Source: an uncultured Bacteroidales bacterium
GTDB lineage: Bacteria > Bacteroidota > Bacteroidia > Bacteroidales > UBA12077
Direction: 5' to 3'
Length of the DNA stretch: 53,114 nt
Assembly: GCA_964504155.1 (NCBI GenBank)
Contig: CAZDCZ010000005.1
Span: 1-53,114, forward strand
Below are positions 36,202 to 46,936 of the stretch, piece after piece. Positions within the stretch are counted from its first letter, which is position 1; each line of letters begins with the position of its first letter. The notes beneath the pieces were generated by a model. That model worked only from the letters and a program-made list of their open reading frames with translations. It was not told where the DNA came from and made no database searches. Both the position numbers and the translations under genes were made by a program.

Positions 36202-37038
36202 AACTCATATTATAATTGGTTAAAAGTTAAGGGTTTGGATAAAACAAAGCCTTCTAAAAAAATCCTTAAAGAAAGAATTAATGCGGTTTTTGAAGAAAGT
36301 CGAGAAATATATGGAAGTTATAGAATTCAAACAATGCTTGAAAGAGAGAATTTAATTTATTCACGATCATATATAGGCTTGCTAATGAAAGAAATGGGCT
36401 TAATAAGTATCCTAAAAAGAAAATTCGTAGTTACAACAGATTCAAAACATTCATTTCCAATAGCAAAAAACGAATTGGACAGAGACTTTACCAGTTTAGA
36501 ACTAGGTAAAAAATGGGTGTCTGATATTACTTATATACGCGTTAAAGATAACTAGAATTATCTTACAACCATAATGGATCTTGCTGACAGAAAAATGTAG
36601 GATGGGCTTTAAGTGAAGATATGACAACTAAGAATACCGTTATGAAGGCTTGGTTATCAGCTCGTCAAAACAGAAATATTATTGAAGGATTGTTTTTCAT
36701 TCAGATAGATGGGTGCAGTATGCTTCCAATAAAATGACAAGCCTTTTTTCTTATAATAAAAAAATAACACAAAATATGAGTAGAAAAGGAAACTGTTGGG
36801 ATAATGCTGTAGCTGAAAGCTTTTTTAAGACTATTAAACATGAATGGTTGTATCGATTTAAGTTTAACTCTTACAAGCAATTATATAGATCTATTGAAGA
36901 TTATATTACATGGTATAATACTAAAAGAATTTATTCTAGTTTAGGGTATTTATCTCCTTTAGAAATGGAAATTAAATTAAGAGAAATTATTAAGAAAGCG
37001 GCTTAGTAAAAATAGTCACAAATTTATTAGGTATTCCA
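36202..37038 (+). mobile_element. IS3-family remnant (orfB with stops/frameshifts, right end intact, left part lost)
   Basis: 'SYYNWL', 'YGSYRI', 'WVSDITYIR', 'SRKGNCWDNAVAESFFKTIK', 'WYNTKRIYSSLGYLSP'; ends ...GGTATTCCA at 37038 (TG...CA termini). Confidence 0.85.
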
Positions 37039-37157
37039 AAAATTTAGATTGCAAATTATTTAAAAAAAATTAAATGCCATTCTAAACGAGTTTAAATTTT
37101 ATGACTTTTTAGAGAGGACTCAACACTAATTCTTCTATTTAGAAGATTTAAGAAAAT

Positions 37158-37187
37158 AAAAAAGGGACTCCTGCGGTCCCTTTTTTT
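37158..37187. terminator. Intrinsic terminator
   Basis: AAAAAAGGGAC-TCCTGCG-GTCCCTTTTTT, downstream of the 37231-38499 gene. Confidence 0.75.
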
Positions 37188-37230
37188 GCAGATACATGAT
37201 ACATCAAGTAGTGAAGCAGGAATATTTTTA

Positions 37231-38499
37231 TTAGTGGTTAATATTTATAGTACTTATTAATTCTATATTTTCTAAATCGGAATAATTATATTGATATAAA
37301 CCATTTTCTCCAATTAACATTAATACTTCGTTAAAAGGTATTACATCGAATGCGTGAATGTCGCTAAAACTTGCAATTTTATGCGATGAAATAGTTAAAG
37401 GATCGCTAGTATCATAAATTTTTAATCCTGCATCTCCATCACAAATAAATAAAGTATTATTATCTATACCTAAACCATGAGGATTAGTTAAACCATATGA
37501 TTTTAATAAAGTTGGCGATGAAAGATTGGCAATATTAATAACATCTAATCTGTTTGTTGTCCCTCCACAATTATTTCCCGAGCGTAAAGTAACATAAGCT
37601 AATGTATCAGCAACAACAACCGGATCACAACTTGTAATATGAGAATATTGCGATAGCTTTATCGGATTAATGGGGTCGCTAATATCATATATTAATAAAC
37701 CATTTTGTGAACCAATAAACAAATTGTTTTCATGTGGAAAAATTGTTTCAATATTCCACCCTACATAGCAAGTCGAAGTATTTATTATGTTACCGGAATT
37801 CGATATGTCAATAATATTTAAGAAAGAATTATCTATTGTAAATAAGTAATCATTATATATAGTAAATCTAGCCATCGAGCCTCCTACGCCAAAAGAACTG
37901 CCGGCACTACTCATACTATAACTTGACGATGAATTTGTCATAATACCATCAAATTTATAATCCAAATATATTGGATAGTTAGGAGTGTTAACTTCTTTTT
38001 CAATTTCTTTAATTTCCCAAGCAATCACAACTCCCTTGTCTCTATCAACTTCGTCGACGCGATAATTTTCGTCGTATGGAGGTAAAGTATAAGGAATAAT
38101 GTCTTCCAAACGATCTACTTCGCTAATATTTTGTAAATCTGAAATATCTAAAGCCACAATGTCAATATAACTATCTGCGTACAAAATATCGTCTTTTATT
38201 GCAATATCAACATTGCCGGGGATAGAAATAAATGCAATATTTTCAGGATTCGATGGGTCTGAATTATCAATTATATGAATTCCCTTCAAATACTCGTTAA
38301 TATAAAGATAATTGTTATAAAAATATATTTTTCCGGTATTTTCTAAGTCTCTTGTTTCAAGTGTTGTAATAGAACTTCGCAAATCTTCGTAAGAAAGATA
38401 TTGAGGCACATTTGCTTTGTACTTTTCAAAAACCTGATCTTCGCACGATTCAAAAGTGGCAAGAATTATTAATAAAATAATAGAAAATTTTAATTTCAT
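37231..38499 (-). CDS. LVIVD-repeat lipoprotein (likely start 38499)
   Basis: Lipobox 'TFESC'; repeats 'GIHIIDNSDPSNP', 'GLLIYDISDPINP', 'GLKIYDTSDP'; 'GVGGSMARF'. Confidence 0.85.
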   Translation of the reverse strand: MKLKFSIILLIILATFESCEDQVFEKYKANVPQYLSYEDLRSSITTLETRDLENTGKIYFYNNYLYINEYLKGIHIIDNSDPSNPENIAFISIPGNVDIAIKDDILYADSYIDIVALDISDLQNISEVDRLEDIIPYTLPPYDENYRVDEVDRDKGVVIAWEIKEIEKEVNTPNYPIYLDYKFDGIMTNSSSSYSMSSAGSSFGVGGSMARFTIYNDYLFTIDNSFLNIIDISNSGNIINTSTCYVGWNIETIFPHENNLFIGSQNGLLIYDISDPINPIKLSQYSHITSCDPVVVADTLAYVTLRSGNNCGGTTNRLDVINIANLSSPTLLKSYGLTNPHGLGIDNNTLFICDGDAGLKIYDTSDPLTISSHKIASFSDIHAFDVIPFNEVLMLIGENGLYQYNYSDLENIELISTININH

Positions 38500-38701
38500 A
38501 AAGCAAAGAGATTCCAAATTATATAATCAAACATATTTTATAGATGTATAATTATTTAAAATGGTTGCGTCGTTTAAATTAATTCTAATAAAATAATAGT
38601 TTTGAGGAAATTTACGCAACCAATTTGTTAAAATGTGCATCTTAACAAATAACATATTAAATATAATTCTCTTTAATTTTATAACTCCTAAAAAAACTAT
38701 T

Positions 38702-39475
38702 ATGTTTAGAAAAATAAGTATTATAAAAAGTTTAGTTATATTATTATTACTTGTTATTAGTACTAAACTATATGCTCAAATCGACAAAGTTGATGTTGTT
38801 TATTTAAAAAACGGAAGTATTATAAAGGGAGAAATTGTTGAAATTAAAACAGATAAATATGTAAAAATAAAAAGTTTATGCGATAATATTTGGGTTTTTA
38901 ATAATACTGATGTCTTAAAAATATTAAAAGAAGATAAAAAAGTAATTGTTGATTCAATCTCCGATTCCCAATTCAAAATAAATGGAGTATTTACTAATTT
39001 TAGCCTGGGATTTTTATATGGTACAGGTAACGAGAATAAGAATCCTCCTTTAAGTATTTTGGTTAGTGGAGGATACAATTTTAATAACAACTTTAGTATT
39101 GGTCTAGCTACCGGAGTTGAATTGCTCGATAATGCATTTGTTCCCGCAATGATTGATTTAAAATATTCTTTTGTAAATAGTAAAGTAAGTCATTTTATAT
39201 TTTTACAAAGTGGATACTCTTTTGTTATAGATGCTCAGAATGATGATATTTACTATTACAACGGTAATAACGAAAGAGAAAATCGGGGAGGTATAGTTAT
39301 TAGCCCCGGTTTTGGTATAAAGTGGAATTTAAATAAGAAAAATGCAATTGCTTTAAGTTTAGGTTATCGTTACCAACAAAATAATTATACATATATTGAT
39401 TATAATAATCAAGAAATTGAAAGATTGGTTAAGTATAATAGAATTTCAGTTAGTTTTGGATATTATTTTAAATAA
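38702..39475 (+). CDS. Outer-membrane beta-barrel protein (likely start 38702)
   Basis: Signal peptide ending LYA|Q; 'DVVYLKNGSIIKGEIVE' N-domain; terminal 'VSFGYYFK'. Confidence 0.7.
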   Translation: MFRKISIIKSLVILLLLVISTKLYAQIDKVDVVYLKNGSIIKGEIVEIKTDKYVKIKSLCDNIWVFNNTDVLKILKEDKKVIVDSISDSQFKINGVFTNFSLGFLYGTGNENKNPPLSILVSGGYNFNNNFSIGLATGVELLDNAFVPAMIDLKYSFVNSKVSHFIFLQSGYSFVIDAQNDDIYYYNGNNERENRGGIVISPGFGIKWNLNKKNAIALSLGYRYQQNNYTYIDYNNQEIERLVKYNRISVSFGYYFK

Positions 39476-39564
39476 AAATAATATTAAAATATTAATTTAA
39501 CTATTGACCTACTAATTAATAAAAACCAAAAGAGAAAATAATAGAATAATTATATTAAAAAATG

Positions 39565-39572
39565 TAATTTTG
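39565..39572 (+). promoter_or_regulatory. Bacteroidota -7 promoter element upstream of the TPR-comA cluster
   Basis: TAATTTTG, 26 nt before the ATG at 39599. Confidence 0.45.
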
Positions 39573-39598
39573 CTGCTTATTTTTAATAGAATTTTAAT

Positions 39599-41005
39599 AT
39601 GAGTGATACTTTTGATGATATATTTTGGGATGATGAAACATCGAACCTAATTGAGAAATACGAGAAAATGTTAGATGAAAATGCTGAATATTTTTTCGAC
39701 ATTTTCGAATTTGAAGATATTATTGACCATTATATATATGTAAAACAAAACGAAGATGCTTTACAAGTAATAGACTATGCTGATAAATTATATCCTTCAG
39801 AAATAAATTTTTCCATAAAAAAAGCACTTGTTTATATCGAACAAAAAGCACCAAATAAAGCATTAGAAACATTAGCATCTATTGAATTATTGGTAAACGG
39901 AGATGTTGATTTTTACTTAATAAAAGGAGAGGCTTTAGTTGGTATTGGAGAATCGCAAAAAGCTAGCGAAATATTTTATTCATTATTCGAAATATCCAAT
40001 GAAGATGATTATTCGAGTTATGCTATAGATATTTTTCAGATATTCGATAAGTATAATGAGCAGTTGCATGCTATAGAATTTTTGAAACTTGCATTTTCTT
40101 TCGATCCTGAAAATATCTCTCTTTTGCACTTTATTGCATATTGTTACGAGCATATCGGACAAAGTAAAAAATCTATTGCTTGTTACAAAGATTTCTTGAA
40201 TGAATATCCATTTTCTGACAATGCCTGGTTTAATCTAGGTATAATGTATTATAATCAAGAGAATTATGAAAAATCAATTGACGCTTTAGAATACGCAATT
40301 GCCATAAATCCCGATAGTATTATTGCTTATTTTCACTTAGCTAATGCCTATTTTGCAAACGATATGTTTAAAAAAGCAATTATTTATTACAAAGAGTTTC
40401 TTAAATACGAAGAAGATGATCCTATTGTTGAATATTATTTAGGACAATGCTATAATTTTCTTGGAAACAAAGACCTGGCACTTAAACATTACGAGAGATG
40501 TATTAAAGAAGATAAATCATATGCTTATGCATATTTCGAAATAGCAAAAAATTATGAACAAAATGACGAAAATGAAAAAGCTTTAAAAACAATAAGCAAT
40601 GCTATTGAGCTGGAGCCCGATAATGATGAATTTTATAATGTAAAAGGAATTATTTATTTTAACACAAATGAATTTAACCAAGCTGCAGAATTGTTCGAAA
40701 AAGCATTAGAAATAAATGCCTACGAAAAAGAATACATTATAAATTTGTCTGATACATATTTAAAATTAGAAGAATATAACAAAGTAATAGAATTATTTGA
40801 AGCTAAAAAAGAAATTCTTAACGACTCATTAATATATTTTAGATTAGCATCATGTTATTTGTTAATTAATAAAAAGCCTTTGGCAATAAGTAATTTCGAA
40901 AAAGGATTAAAGTTAAATTATTCAAATTATACAGAATTATTGTATCTTTACCCTGAAGCATTAAAAATTAAAGAAATTAAGAAGCTTCTGGAAAAATATA
41001 AATAA
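39599..41005 (+). CDS. Tetratricopeptide repeat protein
   Basis: Numerous TPR units ('NAWFNLGIMYY...AIAINP'); acidic N-terminus 'FFDIFEFEDIIDHY'. Confidence 0.88.
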   Translation: MSDTFDDIFWDDETSNLIEKYEKMLDENAEYFFDIFEFEDIIDHYIYVKQNEDALQVIDYADKLYPSEINFSIKKALVYIEQKAPNKALETLASIELLVNGDVDFYLIKGEALVGIGESQKASEIFYSLFEISNEDDYSSYAIDIFQIFDKYNEQLHAIEFLKLAFSFDPENISLLHFIAYCYEHIGQSKKSIACYKDFLNEYPFSDNAWFNLGIMYYNQENYEKSIDALEYAIAINPDSIIAYFHLANAYFANDMFKKAIIYYKEFLKYEEDDPIVEYYLGQCYNFLGNKDLALKHYERCIKEDKSYAYAYFEIAKNYEQNDENEKALKTISNAIELEPDNDEFYNVKGIIYFNTNEFNQAAELFEKALEINAYEKEYIINLSDTYLKLEEYNKVIELFEAKKEILNDSLIYFRLASCYLLINKKPLAISNFEKGLKLNYSNYTELLYLYPEALKIKEIKKLLEKYK

Positions 41006-41019
41006 AAAATATATCTATT

Positions 41020-41790
41020 ATGAATTTTGAATTACCCTATTTGCCCAATCGTACAAGTAAACCTAGAAAAAACGGAATAACCATGATGATGGATAAGGGA
41101 TTGAGCCTTAATCAGGTAGAAGACTTTGTCGAAGCATGTGGTGAGTTTACCGATGTTGTTAAATTTGGTTTTGGAACATCATTAATTACAAATAAGTTAG
41201 AAGAAAAACTTAAATTATATTGCGAAGCAGATATTACTCCATATTTTGGTGGTACTCTTTTCGAAATGTTTATTGTTCGTAATATGTTTGATGAGTATAG
41301 AAAATTACTCGATAAATATAATATGGAATTATGTGAAGTTTCTGATGGCTCAATGTCAATGCCACATAACGAAAAATTAGAATATATAAATAAACTATCA
41401 TCACAAGTAACTGTGCTTTCCGAAGTAGGGTCTAAAGATGCAAGTCTTATTATTCCTCCTGATGAATGGGTTTCACAAATGAAATCAGAATTAGAAGCAG
41501 GCTCTTGGAAAGTTATTGCCGAAGCACGAGAGAGTGGTACTATTGGGATATATAATAAAGATGGTTCTGCAAACATAGAATTAATCAATGATATTAAAAA
41601 TCACATTAATATGGATAATGTTCTTTGGGAAGCTCCATTAAAAAATCAACAAGTGTGGTTTATAAAAAATATGGGATTTGATGTGAATCTTGGAAATATT
41701 GCTTATGATGGAATTATTTCTCTTGAAGCATTAAGACAAGGATTACGTGGAGATACTTTTTTTGAATTCTTACCTGAGAATTTAAAATAA
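41020..41790 (+). CDS. comA: Phosphosulfolactate synthase (ComA family)
   Basis: 'GITMMMDKG', 'VKFGFGTS', 'EVSDGS', 'VLSEVGSK', 'VIAEARESG', 'WEAP', 'VNLGNI', 'LEALRQGLRGDT'. Confidence 0.92.
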   Translation: MNFELPYLPNRTSKPRKNGITMMMDKGLSLNQVEDFVEACGEFTDVVKFGFGTSLITNKLEEKLKLYCEADITPYFGGTLFEMFIVRNMFDEYRKLLDKYNMELCEVSDGSMSMPHNEKLEYINKLSSQVTVLSEVGSKDASLIIPPDEWVSQMKSELEAGSWKVIAEARESGTIGIYNKDGSANIELINDIKNHINMDNVLWEAPLKNQQVWFIKNMGFDVNLGNIAYDGIISLEALRQGLRGDTFFEFLPENLK

Positions 41791-41894
41791 AATACTGTTA
41801 AATTATTATTATTAAGCCTGTTAATAGACATCTAGCAGGCTTTCTATTTAAAATAAAACTTAGTTATTTAATTTATATACATTAAATAAAGCAT

Positions 41895-42821
41895 ATGTTT
41901 AAAAAATATTTTATTTCTTTCGTTAAAGGATTTGGAATGGGATCGGCAAATGTAATCCCCGGAGTATCAGGAGGAACAATAGCTCTTATTACAGGTATTT
42001 TCGAAAGAATAATTAATGCAGTAAAATCGTTTGATGGTGTTGCAATTAAATTGCTTTTTAATTGGGAAATTAAAAAATTAATAAAACATATAGATTTATA
42101 CTTTCTATTATCGGTATTTTTAGGAATGGTAGTTAGCATAATATCGTTTGCCCATGTACTCGATTATCTTTTTACAAACTTTCCAATATATATATGGGCG
42201 TATTTTTTTGGATTAATCCTTGCCTCAGTATATTTTGTGGGAAAAACAATAGAAAAGATTGATATAAGCGTTATAATAGCATTTATTATCGGAGCTAGTA
42301 TAGCAATTATAATTTCTATTCTAAATCCTGCAGAACAAAACGATTCATTTTTATATCTTGTTTTATGTGGAGTAATTGCTATTTGTAGTATGATACTTCC
42401 CGGACTTTCGGGCTCGTTTATATTAATATTGTTAGGGAATTACGAATTAGTTATGATTGATGCTGTAAATAATTTCGAAATAAAAATTTTACTTCCTGTA
42501 ATTATTGGTGCTGTTATTGGACTAATTTTGTTTTCTCATTTTTTATCATGGGTATATAAAAAATATAAAAATCAAACAATTTCTGTTTTAACAGGTTTTA
42601 TTCTTGGTTCTTTAAGTATTTTGTGGCCTTGGAAAAACGAAGTATATAAAATGGATAACTTTGGAAATTATGTTCTCAAAAATGGAGATAAAGTAATACA
42701 AAGCTATACTAAATATATTCCAGATTCATTTAATTTAGAAGTTATAATAGCTATTTCTCTTATGATTGTTGGAGTTGTAACAATATGTATAATAGAAAAA
42801 CTTGCACAACAAAAAAAATAG
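41895..42821 (+). CDS. DUF368 family membrane protein (undecaprenyl-phosphate translocase family)
   Basis: Two 'PGVSGG'/'PGLSGS' re-entrant motifs; 'GLILAS'; 'GFILGSL..LWPW'. Confidence 0.9.
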   Translation: MFKKYFISFVKGFGMGSANVIPGVSGGTIALITGIFERIINAVKSFDGVAIKLLFNWEIKKLIKHIDLYFLLSVFLGMVVSIISFAHVLDYLFTNFPIYIWAYFFGLILASVYFVGKTIEKIDISVIIAFIIGASIAIIISILNPAEQNDSFLYLVLCGVIAICSMILPGLSGSFILILLGNYELVMIDAVNNFEIKILLPVIIGAVIGLILFSHFLSWVYKKYKNQTISVLTGFILGSLSILWPWKNEVYKMDNFGNYVLKNGDKVIQSYTKYIPDSFNLEVIIAISLMIVGVVTICIIEKLAQQKK

Positions 42822-42835
42822 ATAAAGCAAAATTT

Positions 42836-43585
42836 ATGAAATTGTATGGACTTATTGGTAAATCGTTAGGGCATTCTTTTTCTGCCTTATATTTTAACGA
42901 GAAATTTAAAAAAGAAGGTATTACTAATTCACTATACAAACTTTATCAGCTAAATTTTATTGACGAAATTGTTTCGCTCCTAAAAAACAACAAGAAAATA
43001 TATGGTTTAAATGTTACAATACCTTATAAGCAAAACATTATTCCATTTTTAGATGAAATTGATATTGCTGCTAAAGAAATTGGAGCCGTTAATACTATAA
43101 AGATTAATTATTGCAATAATAAAACCTATTTAAAAGGATATAATACCGATTGCTCAGGATTTATACGTAGCATAAAACCGTTTTTGAACGATAGCAAAAT
43201 AAACGCACTGGTATTAGGAACAGGAGGAAGTTCTAAAGCTGTTCAATATGCACTGAAAGAGCTTGGAATAGAATTTTGTTTAGTGTCCCGAAAAAAAACA
43301 TCAGAAAAACAATTTTTATATAAAGAACTTACTAAAACTATTCTCGATTCTCATAGATTAATAATTAATACTACCCCTTTAGGAATGTTTCCAAATATTG
43401 ATGAATCTCCTGATATTCCGTATCAATTCATTACAGCTAAACATTTGCTGTACGATTTAATTTACAACCCAAAACAAACAGCTTTTCTTAAACAAGGAAT
43501 AAAGCATAATGCTCAAATTATTAACGGATTAGAAATGCTAAAATTTCAAGCTGATGATTCATGGAAAATATGGACAAGCAAATAA
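42836..43585 (+). CDS. aroE: Shikimate dehydrogenase (likely start 42836)
   Basis: 'GHSFS', 'GLNVTIPYKQ', 'GAVNT', 'GYNTD', 'LGTGGSSKAV', 'NTTPLGM', 'DLIYNP'. Confidence 0.94.
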   Translation: MKLYGLIGKSLGHSFSALYFNEKFKKEGITNSLYKLYQLNFIDEIVSLLKNNKKIYGLNVTIPYKQNIIPFLDEIDIAAKEIGAVNTIKINYCNNKTYLKGYNTDCSGFIRSIKPFLNDSKINALVLGTGGSSKAVQYALKELGIEFCLVSRKKTSEKQFLYKELTKTILDSHRLIINTTPLGMFPNIDESPDIPYQFITAKHLLYDLIYNPKQTAFLKQGIKHNAQIINGLEMLKFQADDSWKIWTSK

Positions 43586-43722
43586 AATTATAAGCAAACA
43601 TTGAATTATTTGTTGTGTAACACATTTATAGGCGATATATTTCCTAAGGAAAGGAAAAATGTTTCGCCAAATTTTGCTATCTTTAAACTTTATTTTCATA
43701 AACTATAAACAATTGATATACA

Positions 43723-44724
43723 ATGTATTTACTTGACGAAATAAAGAAAAAAGCAAAGAAACATAATAAGAAAATTGTTCTGCCTGAATCAACCGAAGAA
43801 AGAACTTTAAAAGCTGCCGATGAATTATTAGCAGAAGGTATTGCTCAAATAATATTAATTGGTGATACTAACGAAATATTAAACAAAGCGAAAGAGTTCT
43901 CACTCGTGAATATTGAAAAAGCTATCATTGTAAACCCTTTAAATCATGAGAAAAAAGATCATTATATTAATATGATGGTTGAACTTAGAAAAAATAAAGG
44001 ATTAACAAAAGAAGATGCTGCAAAACTTATTGAAGATCCTTTATACCTTGCAACATTAATGATAAAAAATGGAGATGCCGATGGAGAAGTTGCAGGCGCA
44101 CAAAATGCTACTGGAGATGTTTTAAGACCAGCATTTCAATACGTAAAAACTAAACCCGGAATTAGTGTTGTTTCCGGTGCTTTTATTATGATTCTTAAAG
44201 ATAAAGAATTTGGTGAAAATGGAATGCTAGTTTTTGCCGATTGTGCTGTTCATCCTAATCCTAATGCAAAAGAACTTGCCGAAATTGCCGTTGCAACTGC
44301 CGAAACAACAAAAGCAATTGCAGGTTTCGAACCAAAAGTTGCTATGTTGAGTTTTTCAACCAAAGGTAGTGCTAAACACGAAATGGTCGATAAAGTTGTT
44401 GAAGCAACTAGAATTGCTAAAGAAATGAATCCATCATTATTAATCGATGGAGAATTACAAGCTGATGCTGCAATTATTGAAGCTATTGGAAAGAAAAAAG
44501 CTCCCGACAGTAAAATTGCCGGACAAGCAAATGTATTAGTTTTTCCAACTCTCGAAACCGGAAATATTACATATAAACTTGTTCAACGATTGGCTCATGC
44601 TGAAGCTGTTGGTCCTGTTTTACAAGGTATGGCTGCACCAATTAATGACTTGTCTCGTGGTTGTTCTGTTAGCGATATTGTAAATCTTGTTGCTATTACT
44701 GCTAACCAAGCTGCAGGTGAATAA
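43723..44724 (+). CDS. pta: Phosphate acetyltransferase
   Basis: 'IVLPESTEER', 'FADCAVHPNP', 'LSFSTKGSA', 'DGELQADAA', 'INDLSRGCS'. Confidence 0.95.
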   Translation: MYLLDEIKKKAKKHNKKIVLPESTEERTLKAADELLAEGIAQIILIGDTNEILNKAKEFSLVNIEKAIIVNPLNHEKKDHYINMMVELRKNKGLTKEDAAKLIEDPLYLATLMIKNGDADGEVAGAQNATGDVLRPAFQYVKTKPGISVVSGAFIMILKDKEFGENGMLVFADCAVHPNPNAKELAEIAVATAETTKAIAGFEPKVAMLSFSTKGSAKHEMVDKVVEATRIAKEMNPSLLIDGELQADAAIIEAIGKKKAPDSKIAGQANVLVFPTLETGNITYKLVQRLAHAEAVGPVLQGMAAPINDLSRGCSVSDIVNLVAITANQAAGE

Positions 44725-44765
44725 TTTTAATTTTCTCTTAAAATAAATATAATAAAAAATAAAAA

Positions 44766-45974
44766 ATGAAAATACTTGTTTTAAACTGTGGAAGTTCGTC
44801 AATAAAATACCAATTATTAAATATGGACAATTCTGATAATTCTGATGTGTTAGCCTCAGGAATAATTGAAAGAATTGGTTTAGATGAAGGACAATTAAAA
44901 CACAAAACCTTCGATAATAGAAATTATTCTTTAACAACTCCTGTACCCAATCATACTAAAGGAATTGACTATATTCTCGAAGCATTATTGTCGGAAGAAT
45001 ATGGTGTAATAAAATCTGTTGAAGAAATTTCAGCTGTCGGACATAGAGTTGCTCATGGTGGACCATATTTCTCCGATAGTGTTCTTGTAACTGATGATGT
45101 AAAAGAAAAAATAAAAGAATGTATAGAATTAGCACCATTACATAATCCTGCTAACTTAAAAGGAATATTAGCAATGGAGAAAATTTTACCGGGAGTGTCT
45201 CAAGTTGCTGTATTCGATACATCTTTTCATCAAACAATGGAGCCAAAGGCATATCTTTACGGACTACCATATGAGTATTTCGAAAAATATAAAATCAGAA
45301 GATATGGTTTCCACGGAACTAGCCATAAATATGTTGCCGAGAAAGCTTGTAAATTAGCCGGATGGGATTGGAAAGATAAAAAAGTTATTTCGTGTCATCT
45401 TGGAAATGGAGCTTCTATCGATGCAATAGACCATGGTATATCTGTTGATACTTCGATGGGATTTACACCTGTTGCAGGTTTATTAATGGGAACAAGAGCC
45501 GGAAATATTGATCTTGGAGCTTTGCTTTATATTGCCGAAAAAGAAAATCTATCAATCAAAGAAACAAACGACTTAATTAACAAAAAAAGTGGTTTATTAG
45601 GAATATCCGGAGTATCTTCCGACATGCGCGATATAGAAAATGCAGCTGCAAATAATAATGAAAGAGCAAAAATAGCACTTGAAATGTTTGTGTATAGAGT
45701 AAAAAAATATATTGGATCTTATGCTGCTATTATGGGAGGTGTAGATTTAATACTATTTACCGGTGGTATTGGCGAAAATGGTTGCGAAACAAGAAGAGAT
45801 GTTTGTAAAGGTCTCGAATTTCTAGGGGTCGATTTCGATTTAGAAGCTAATAAAGGTAAACGAGGAATTGATTTTGAATTAACAAAAAAAGATTCTACAA
45901 CAAAAGTTTTTGTTGTAACTACAAACGAAGAATTAGTTATAGCTAAAGATACTCAGAGAATTGTTGGAGAATAA
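44766..45974 (+). CDS. ackA: Acetate kinase
   Basis: 'LVLNCGSSSIKYQL', 'GHRVAHGG', 'APLHNP', 'RRYGFHGTSH', 'HLGNGAS', 'FTGGIGEN'. Confidence 0.96.
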   Translation: MKILVLNCGSSSIKYQLLNMDNSDNSDVLASGIIERIGLDEGQLKHKTFDNRNYSLTTPVPNHTKGIDYILEALLSEEYGVIKSVEEISAVGHRVAHGGPYFSDSVLVTDDVKEKIKECIELAPLHNPANLKGILAMEKILPGVSQVAVFDTSFHQTMEPKAYLYGLPYEYFEKYKIRRYGFHGTSHKYVAEKACKLAGWDWKDKKVISCHLGNGASIDAIDHGISVDTSMGFTPVAGLLMGTRAGNIDLGALLYIAEKENLSIKETNDLINKKSGLLGISGVSSDMRDIENAAANNNERAKIALEMFVYRVKKYIGSYAAIMGGVDLILFTGGIGENGCETRRDVCKGLEFLGVDFDLEANKGKRGIDFELTKKDSTTKVFVVTTNEELVIAKDTQRIVGE

Positions 45975-45999
45975 ATAATAATAAATAAAATTATAATAA

Positions 46000-46896
46000 A
46001 TGATTTTAAAATCCTTAGACGAGTTAGTTACTCTTGCCAAAAGTAAAGAAACAAGAAGATTAGCTGTTGCAGCTGCCGATGATAAAGCAGTTCTTGAAGC
46101 AGTGAAAGCTGCTTATAAACAAGATATAATAGTTCCTGTTCTTGTTGGAAATAAAGAAAATATTAAGAAAATCTGTAAAAAAATAGATTTTGATATTAAA
46201 GATATAGATATCTATAATGAACTCGATCCTTCTAAATCATGTATTAAGGCAGTTTCTTTAATTAAAGAAAATAAGGCTGATATATTAATGAAAGGTTTAG
46301 TAAGTACTGCTCCATTACTAAAAGCAGTTTTAAATAAAGAGAATGGATTAAGAAAAGGTGCAACTCTTAGTCATTTTGCATACATAGAAACTCCATATTA
46401 TCATAAGTTAATTGGTATTACTGATGCTGCAATGAATATTGCTCCTGAATTAATGGAGAAAATAGATATTATTAATAACTCTGTAGATGCATTACATCTT
46501 TTAGGAATAGAAAATCCAAAAGTCGCTGTAGTAGGTCCTTTAGAAGTAGTAAATCCGAAAATCGAATCTACTACTCATGCTGCAATATTATCTATTATGA
46601 ACAAAAGAAAGCAAATTAATGGTTGTATTATTGATGGACCATTTGCTATAGATAATGCAGTTTCGAAAGAAGCTGCCGAACATAAAGGTATAATTAGCGA
46701 AGTAGCAGGTGATGCAGATATATTATTAGCTCCTGATTTGAATAGTGGTAATATTTTATATAAAACAATGATGTTTCTCGGTGGTAGTACCTCGGCTGCA
46801 GTTATTGTTGGAGCAAAAGTGCCAATAGTATTAACTTCAAGAGCCGATACCGATAAAAGTAAAATGATGTCGATTGCTCTTGCTGCCGCAATGTAG
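46000..46896 (+). CDS. ptb: Phosphate butyryltransferase (branched-chain phosphotransacylase)
   Basis: 'LMKGLVST', 'TDAAMNIAP', 'IIDGPFAIDNA', 'PIVLTSRAD'; short form without the Pta N-terminal extension. Confidence 0.9.
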   Translation: MILKSLDELVTLAKSKETRRLAVAAADDKAVLEAVKAAYKQDIIVPVLVGNKENIKKICKKIDFDIKDIDIYNELDPSKSCIKAVSLIKENKADILMKGLVSTAPLLKAVLNKENGLRKGATLSHFAYIETPYYHKLIGITDAAMNIAPELMEKIDIINNSVDALHLLGIENPKVAVVGPLEVVNPKIESTTHAAILSIMNKRKQINGCIIDGPFAIDNAVSKEAAEHKGIISEVAGDADILLAPDLNSGNILYKTMMFLGGSTSAAVIVGAKVPIVLTSRADTDKSKMMSIALAAAM

Positions 46897-46936
46897 AAAA
46901 TACATTGATTTTATTTATTAAATTAAAATTATTATT

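Noticed and set aside
30740-36600. Many in-frame TAA/TAG codons in otherwise recognisable genes, suggesting stop-codon reassignment
   Set aside because: They are confined to transposases and other decayed genes, involve both TAA and TAG, replace different residues, co-occur with frameshifts, and core genes end normally at TAA/TAG.
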